64,000 nt of DNA, from the NCBI GenBank assembly GCA_965112735.1, contig OZ218961.1, positions 1,798,001 through 1,862,000 of the forward strand, written 5' to 3'. This stretch comes from Phaeosaccion multiseriatum (taxonomy: Eukaryota > Protista > Ochrophyta, other classes). Made by a program: the position numbers and the translations under genes. Shown here in pieces: positions 58,958-64,000 of this stretch. The notes beneath the pieces are model-generated. The model was not told the DNA's origin, did no database searches, and worked only from the letters and a program-made list of their open reading frames with translations. Each line of letters starts with the position of its first letter. Position 1 is the first letter of the stretch.

Positions 58958-60353
58958 ATGCCTGGACATCCCGGTGCCGCGTTCCTGTCCCATGGTGGAG
59001 GACCCTGCTTCTTCATGAAAGAGGGATTTGAGGGCGTGAACGAAGGCTCTGCCGCGAGAAAGAAGTACGAAGGTAGGATTTTTTCTTCTTCTTCTTGATG
59101 CCCCCCGGTGGTCCCGCCTCCTTCCTCCCTTCTTCCCGCCTTTCTGCCCGTCTCTTTTTCGGTGGCCATCTTTCTTCCTCCCTGCTCTGACCGTTACCTC
59201 TCTTTCCGTCGTCAGCACTGTCCCAAGACTGGTCCACCAAGCCGAAAGCCATTGTATTGGTTTCAGCACACTGGGAAGAGCCCAAGATCATGGTCAACAC
59301 GCAGGAGAGCCCTCCTCTCCTCTACGACTACGGTGGCTTCCCCGACTACGTGAGTGTGTGAGTGTGTGAGAACGTGAGTGCGTGGATACCACATGGCTCG
59401 TCTTCTCTGGCTATCTGCTTATTGCCATCCATCCTCCCTCCCTCCTTCCCTCTCCCTCCCTCCCTCAGACCTACAAACTCAAGTACGATGCCCCAGGCGA
59501 CACGAGCATCGCTTCGAGAGTCTTGTCCCTTCTCGAGAGCAAGGGCATTGCCCACGGCGCGGAGACGAAGCGAGGCTGGGATCACGGCGTGTTCATCCCC
59601 CTCAAGCTCATCTACCCCAAAGCCGATGTGCCCATCGTGGCCGTCAGCATGGACTCGTCACTGTCCGCTGAGTCACACCTCCGCCTCGGGGAAGCCCTGC
59701 GACCCCTCATAGGTAAGGGTGAGATGGACAGGGATGGATGGAGGGACGGGGTTTTTGGATGGGGTTTGATGCAAGCAAGCTCTGGCTGGGCGGGGATGGA
59801 TGGATGGATGGATGGATGGGGTGTGGAGTATAAAACAATGCAGAAGCTCCGTCGCCATGGTTTCTGCCAGGCTGGGCTGAGCTGGACTGACGTAAAATAC
59901 TCTACTCTGTCGCACTCCTCCCCTCCTTTCTCTCTCCCGTGTTAGACGAAGGCTGCATGGTGATAGGCAGTGGCCAATCCACACACAATATGCGCTTGAT
60001 GGACAGGTCCGCCCCAGCAGGCACGGCCCCAGAGCCCATTCAGGCGTTTCTCAAGTGGCTTAACGAAACCCTCACCGACCCCGCCTTGGACGGGCCCAAG
60101 AGGAGGGAAAGGCTGCTCCATTGGAAGGCGGAGGCGCCCTTCGCCACTGAGGTAGGTGGCGTCTTGGTTGTATGCGAGCTCTGTGGCGGCGTGTGCGAAA
60201 CATTACGTGAGCGTACACCAGGCAGGGCTTAGCTCGAAGCGCACGCACACACATATTGACCTTCCTCAGGCTTTCATTGAGACAGGGAGACCCGTGCTTT
60301 CCAACATGCTCTTCCTGGGAGCCATGTCACTTGACTCCTTCGTCTTTGGGTAG
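58958..60353 (+). CDS. LigB-family extradiol ring-cleavage dioxygenase (4,5-DOPA dioxygenase/YgiD-like), apparently lacking the C-terminal HPxxEH segment
   Basis: Five exons give FLSHGGGP, PKAIVLVSAHW, YDYGGFP, KYDAPG, RGWDHGVFIPL..YPKADVPIV, IGSGQSTHN and SLDSFVFG. Confidence 0.85.
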
Positions 60354-62889
60354 TCTTTACAGCCGGCGGGGCAGATTGGACTGTCATCAGTCGTAGCTAC
60401 GATATCCTGTGGAAGGTTGTAAGCCCAAGCCTTTGAGAGGCTGACGGGAGACTCGCTGCGGTACCAGCCCACGCCCTTACTTACATACTCTCTGACTGTT
60501 GTACGATGAAGACTGCCAAGTAGACAGCAGGTGCAAGAGGAGTACATGTAGGTAGGGCAGGCTCGGGGATCCTCTCCTCGCATGGCGGACAGGAGAGCTG
60601 CCTGAGTGACGAACGAGCAACGGGGTCACGCCATACACGAGAAGCGCTAGCTGTCACGCTACTCTCAGCTCAGCTCTCGATGCATGGTGTGTGGGTGCGT
60701 GCGTGGGTGCGTGCGTGGGTGCGTGCGTGGGTGCGTGGGTGCGTGGGGCTCGTTTTCCCCATTTGATGGCCTTCTTCCCCAACTGGTTGTGGTCTTGTGT
60801 CGACAATGGAAGCATCGCCACCACACAGAGCTGGGTCTAGTTTGAAAAGACAGAGCGGGAGCGGAGCAACTCAGGGCGACAAGGAGCGGCCGTAGCTGAA
60901 GAAGTGACCGCAGCAGCAGCAGCCGCCGCAGCCGCCGCAGTGAAACCAAAGGGCTCAGGGATGGTCGAGCACACTTGTGCTTTGACTAACTGAGTGCTTT
61001 TCCCTCCACATCGACTCTTGCGAGGCGATTGGGCTTTGGAAATTGGAGGGGGTGGAGGAATTGGATCTGTATCGCCACCCGCCCGGCTGGGAGTATGGCA
61101 CACACTTACTTGTACCAGCGGCAGAAGGATATGGGCTTCCTTTTTCTGCCTGCCTTTTTCCTGAGTCTCGCCCGAGGCTGGAGAAGGTTCTCGAAACTCA
61201 CTTAGACCCATCTGTGACTCTGGATGAGGGGGCCGCGAAGATGGGGGGTATAAACTCGACGGATGGCACTTGATGGTGGATATTCTTCAACTTGCCTCCA
61301 CTCTTCTAATGAGAGTAGCACTTGCTCTCGTGTACCTCCGGCACTTTTCTCCGGCAAGTCGAGCTCGTCAGTTGATCTCTATAGATTTCCACGAAATTGA
61401 CGGTGTCGATGGTGTCGATGAGGGTGTCAAAGTCTCCGTCGGCGTCAGCTCCAACCCCCAGAGAGACGAGGTCCGAGCAGTCCACAGAGTCCTTAGCCCC
61501 CTCCTCCTCTTCCTCACCCTCAGAAGCTGAAGATTCCTCATCGTCCAGCACCACCGTGTTAATGTTGAAGTAGTACCGGTAAGCCATGTGTCAGAAGATG
61601 AAAATTCCTCCTCCTCCTCCTTCTTCTTCTCCTCCACGGTGTCGTCAGTAAAGGGATATCTGCGCTTCATCCCCCGTAAAAACACAAAGAAGGGAGAGAG
61701 AGAAAAAGAAAAAGCTGGGACTCAGGCCACACAAAACCAAACAGCAGACGCGGTAAGTTTGGCGACACCGAAGAACCAACCCCCCCCCCCCCCCCCCCCC
61801 GTGTTGATTTCCTCTCACACTTAAGGGTGAGGGTGTAATATATATTCCTCTCGAATTTATCCTCTCGGTCTCCCCCCCACTCCCCTATTAGGAAAAGACT
61901 GTGGACAGGAGCCGCGGACAAAGGTGCTTGTCTTGTCCATCTCATCCGCCGTGGGCAGTGAGTTAATGGTGTTCCGTTCTCCCCTCAAAGTACTTAGGTA
62001 CTTGATGACTCGAATCGTCGCCAGAGTGAATGCATCCAGTGATTACGGATACAGTGATTGCTCCGATGGTCAAAAATGAATGCATTCAATTTTCAATGAA
62101 ACACATAACCTCCAAAATGGCGTCTTGCAGCCTTCAGAAAGCACACACAGCCGCGTTCACTTATATCCACCGCCGCTTGGGGCGCCACCCCCTCCTCCTC
62201 CTCCTCCTCCTCCTCCTCCTCCCCCTCCTCCTTCTCCTCCTCACTGTCCTTCATTCTATGTTCGCCTCAAGGACGAACCAACCCAACAATAGCAGCAAAG
62301 GACGCACCCACCCAACCGAAGGCCACAGTAGCTGCTGTTGACTAGCAAGGCCACTTGCCCGCCCTGTTCCTTCGAGAGTCTAAGCCCCCCCCCCCCCTCC
62401 TTATCTCCCTCTCTCTCTCTCTCTCTCCCTCCCCCTCTCTGTGTGTGTATGTGTCAAGTACCCCCACCCACCCCCCTCCTTGTGTCAACCTTGTGTCAAG
62501 CAGCCCACAAGTAAGCTCTTTGTGAGGCGGCTCATGCCCCTTGACGAGTCTTCTCGCGACCACCCACCCACCCACTCATCCACCCACCCACCCACCCACC
62601 CACCCACGCGACCCTCCACGCGTCTCCCAGTGGTAGGCCGCTACAGCCTCTCCCATGGACTTGTTGCGAAGGGGCTTACGTTCGTGCGTGCGTGCGTAAA
62701 CAGGTTCAGGTCGGGGCTATGTATTCGATCTGTTTCCTCGCCCATCCCCTCCCCTCCCCTGCCTTCCCTCCTTCTCCCTCCCTCTCACGGCTCGGTGAAA
62801 CCACCCCTTCCCCTCCTCCCCTCCCTCGTCCTTCCCCATTCTCTCACAGCACAGTGAGCCACACCCCATCCACTGCCATCCCCTCCCTC

Positions 62890-64000
62890 TCATGGGTCCG
62901 TGTGCCAAACACTGTCAAGCATCTTGACGACTTCGGGATAGAGACTCATGGTAATGGCCACCTCCGCCGTCACACGCGTCAGCCTCGGCCCCACCCCCTT
63001 GTAGAAGCCCATCACTCCCTCCTCTGACAGGATCTTGCGGACACAGTCCAAAGAGCCGCTGTACTTGTGCTGGTCAAGGCCCTGGGGAATTAGAGGCATA
63101 AAGGTAATAGTACTTAGAGGTGCTTGGGTAGAGGAAGTTCGAGTTCAGTCAGTCTAAGGAAAAAGAGGTACTCGGGGTCCTTACCCAAGCTCGCCCACCC
63201 TTGTCATCCCTTGTCTTCCCACCCTCCCTCCCACCCTCCTTCCCTCCTTCCCTCCTTCCCTCCCTCCCACCCTCCCACCCTCCCTCCCTCCCTCCCTCCC
63301 TCCCTCCCTCCTTCCCTCCCTCCCTCCTTCCTTCCTTCCCCACCTCCCTCCCTCCCTCCCTCCCTCCCTCCCTCCTTCCCTCCCTCCCTCCCTCCCGTCT
63401 CCTCTCCTCACCTGGAGACGGCTCTTGACCACATCCACACCCTGAAAGATGAGGACGGAGACAAAGCCTGCGAAGGCCCCTGCTGCTGCTGAAGTGACCG
63501 GTGTGGTTCTCCACTGGGGAGGGATGAGCTGGAACATGCCGAAGCGTGTGGCCTGCGCTGTGGCCACCTTGAACACCGTGGGTGGCATGCCTGTGTCACC
63601 AACGTGTGGGTGAGTGTGTAGGTGTGTAAGTGTGTGTGCGTGTGTGTGCGCGTGCGTGTGTGTGTGTAAGAGAGAGAGAGAGACAGACCATACGCGCGCA
63701 CGCAACACGCCTTCATCCATCCATCCATTGCCATCCATCCTTATTAACCACCCACCCACCCACCCATCCCATCCCTCCATCCCACCATCCAATGCTATCC
63801 ACCCACCACCCCCACCTCTGCACCCATTGCCATCCATCCGTCCACTTCTCCATCCTTTACCATCCCCCCACCCTCTGTCCTGACACTCTCTTACCGTGGT
63901 AGATGGCTCCGACTCCGTTCTCCTTGACGATGGTGCTCACCCCGTGGAAGAAACCCTTGTAGCGCGGAACTGTCCCGTCCGTACGGAACATGTCATTCAC
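62890..64000 (-). CDS. Mitochondrial tricarboxylate/citrate carrier-like protein, 3' part (5' end outside window)
   Basis: Three exons give RYKGFFHGVSTIVKENGV..PTVFKVATAQATRF..GAFAGFVSV..DVVKSRLQGLDQHKYSGSLDCVRKIL.EEGVMGFYKGVGPRLTRV, resembling SLC25A1/CTP1. Confidence 0.82.

Noticed and set aside
60350-61945. Possible minus-strand acidic hypothetical gene or pseudogene
   Set aside because: Coding-like fragments lie in different frames and I could not join them with convincing splice sites or assign a family.

Overview
Eukaryotic nuclear DNA with spliceosomal introns full of microsatellites. Two genes carry signal peptide + 'SA-F/HC-F' (ASAFAP-like) bipartite plastid leaders, so the source is most likely a photosynthetic stramenopile alga (inference). 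I reconstructed 14 spliced genes by hand. In order: a BtuF-like/DUF5522/DUF71(Dph6-like) triple fusion, plastid MsrA, a CABLES-like cyclin-fold protein, an IQ+LRR protein, SmG, QCR7, a mitochondrial-carrier-family protein, an F-box-like/tandem-DUSP protein, FZR1/CDH1, a GT2-like+GT34 glycosyltransferase, a ~15.7-kb 1,3-beta-glucan (callose) synthase, plastid phosphoglycolate phosphatase, a LigB-type dioxygenase, and the 3' part of a tricarboxylate carrier. Most ORFs in the supplied track are artefacts of simple repeats. The strongest leads are: (1) the cytosolic three-domain fusion, which looks like a fused bacterial cobalamin-salvage cluster; (2) a duplicated intronic H/ACA-like snoRNA kept 99% identical while the duplicated exons around it decayed; (3) a 267-bp MITE with 26-bp perfect TIRs and a 6-bp TSD upstream of FZR1; (4) degenerate 'echo' copies of exon ends plus donor sites inside introns; (5) a dispersed TGTATCACCAACTG motif and complementary repeats at intron ends. 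All exon boundaries were read by eye and need RNA-seq confirmation.
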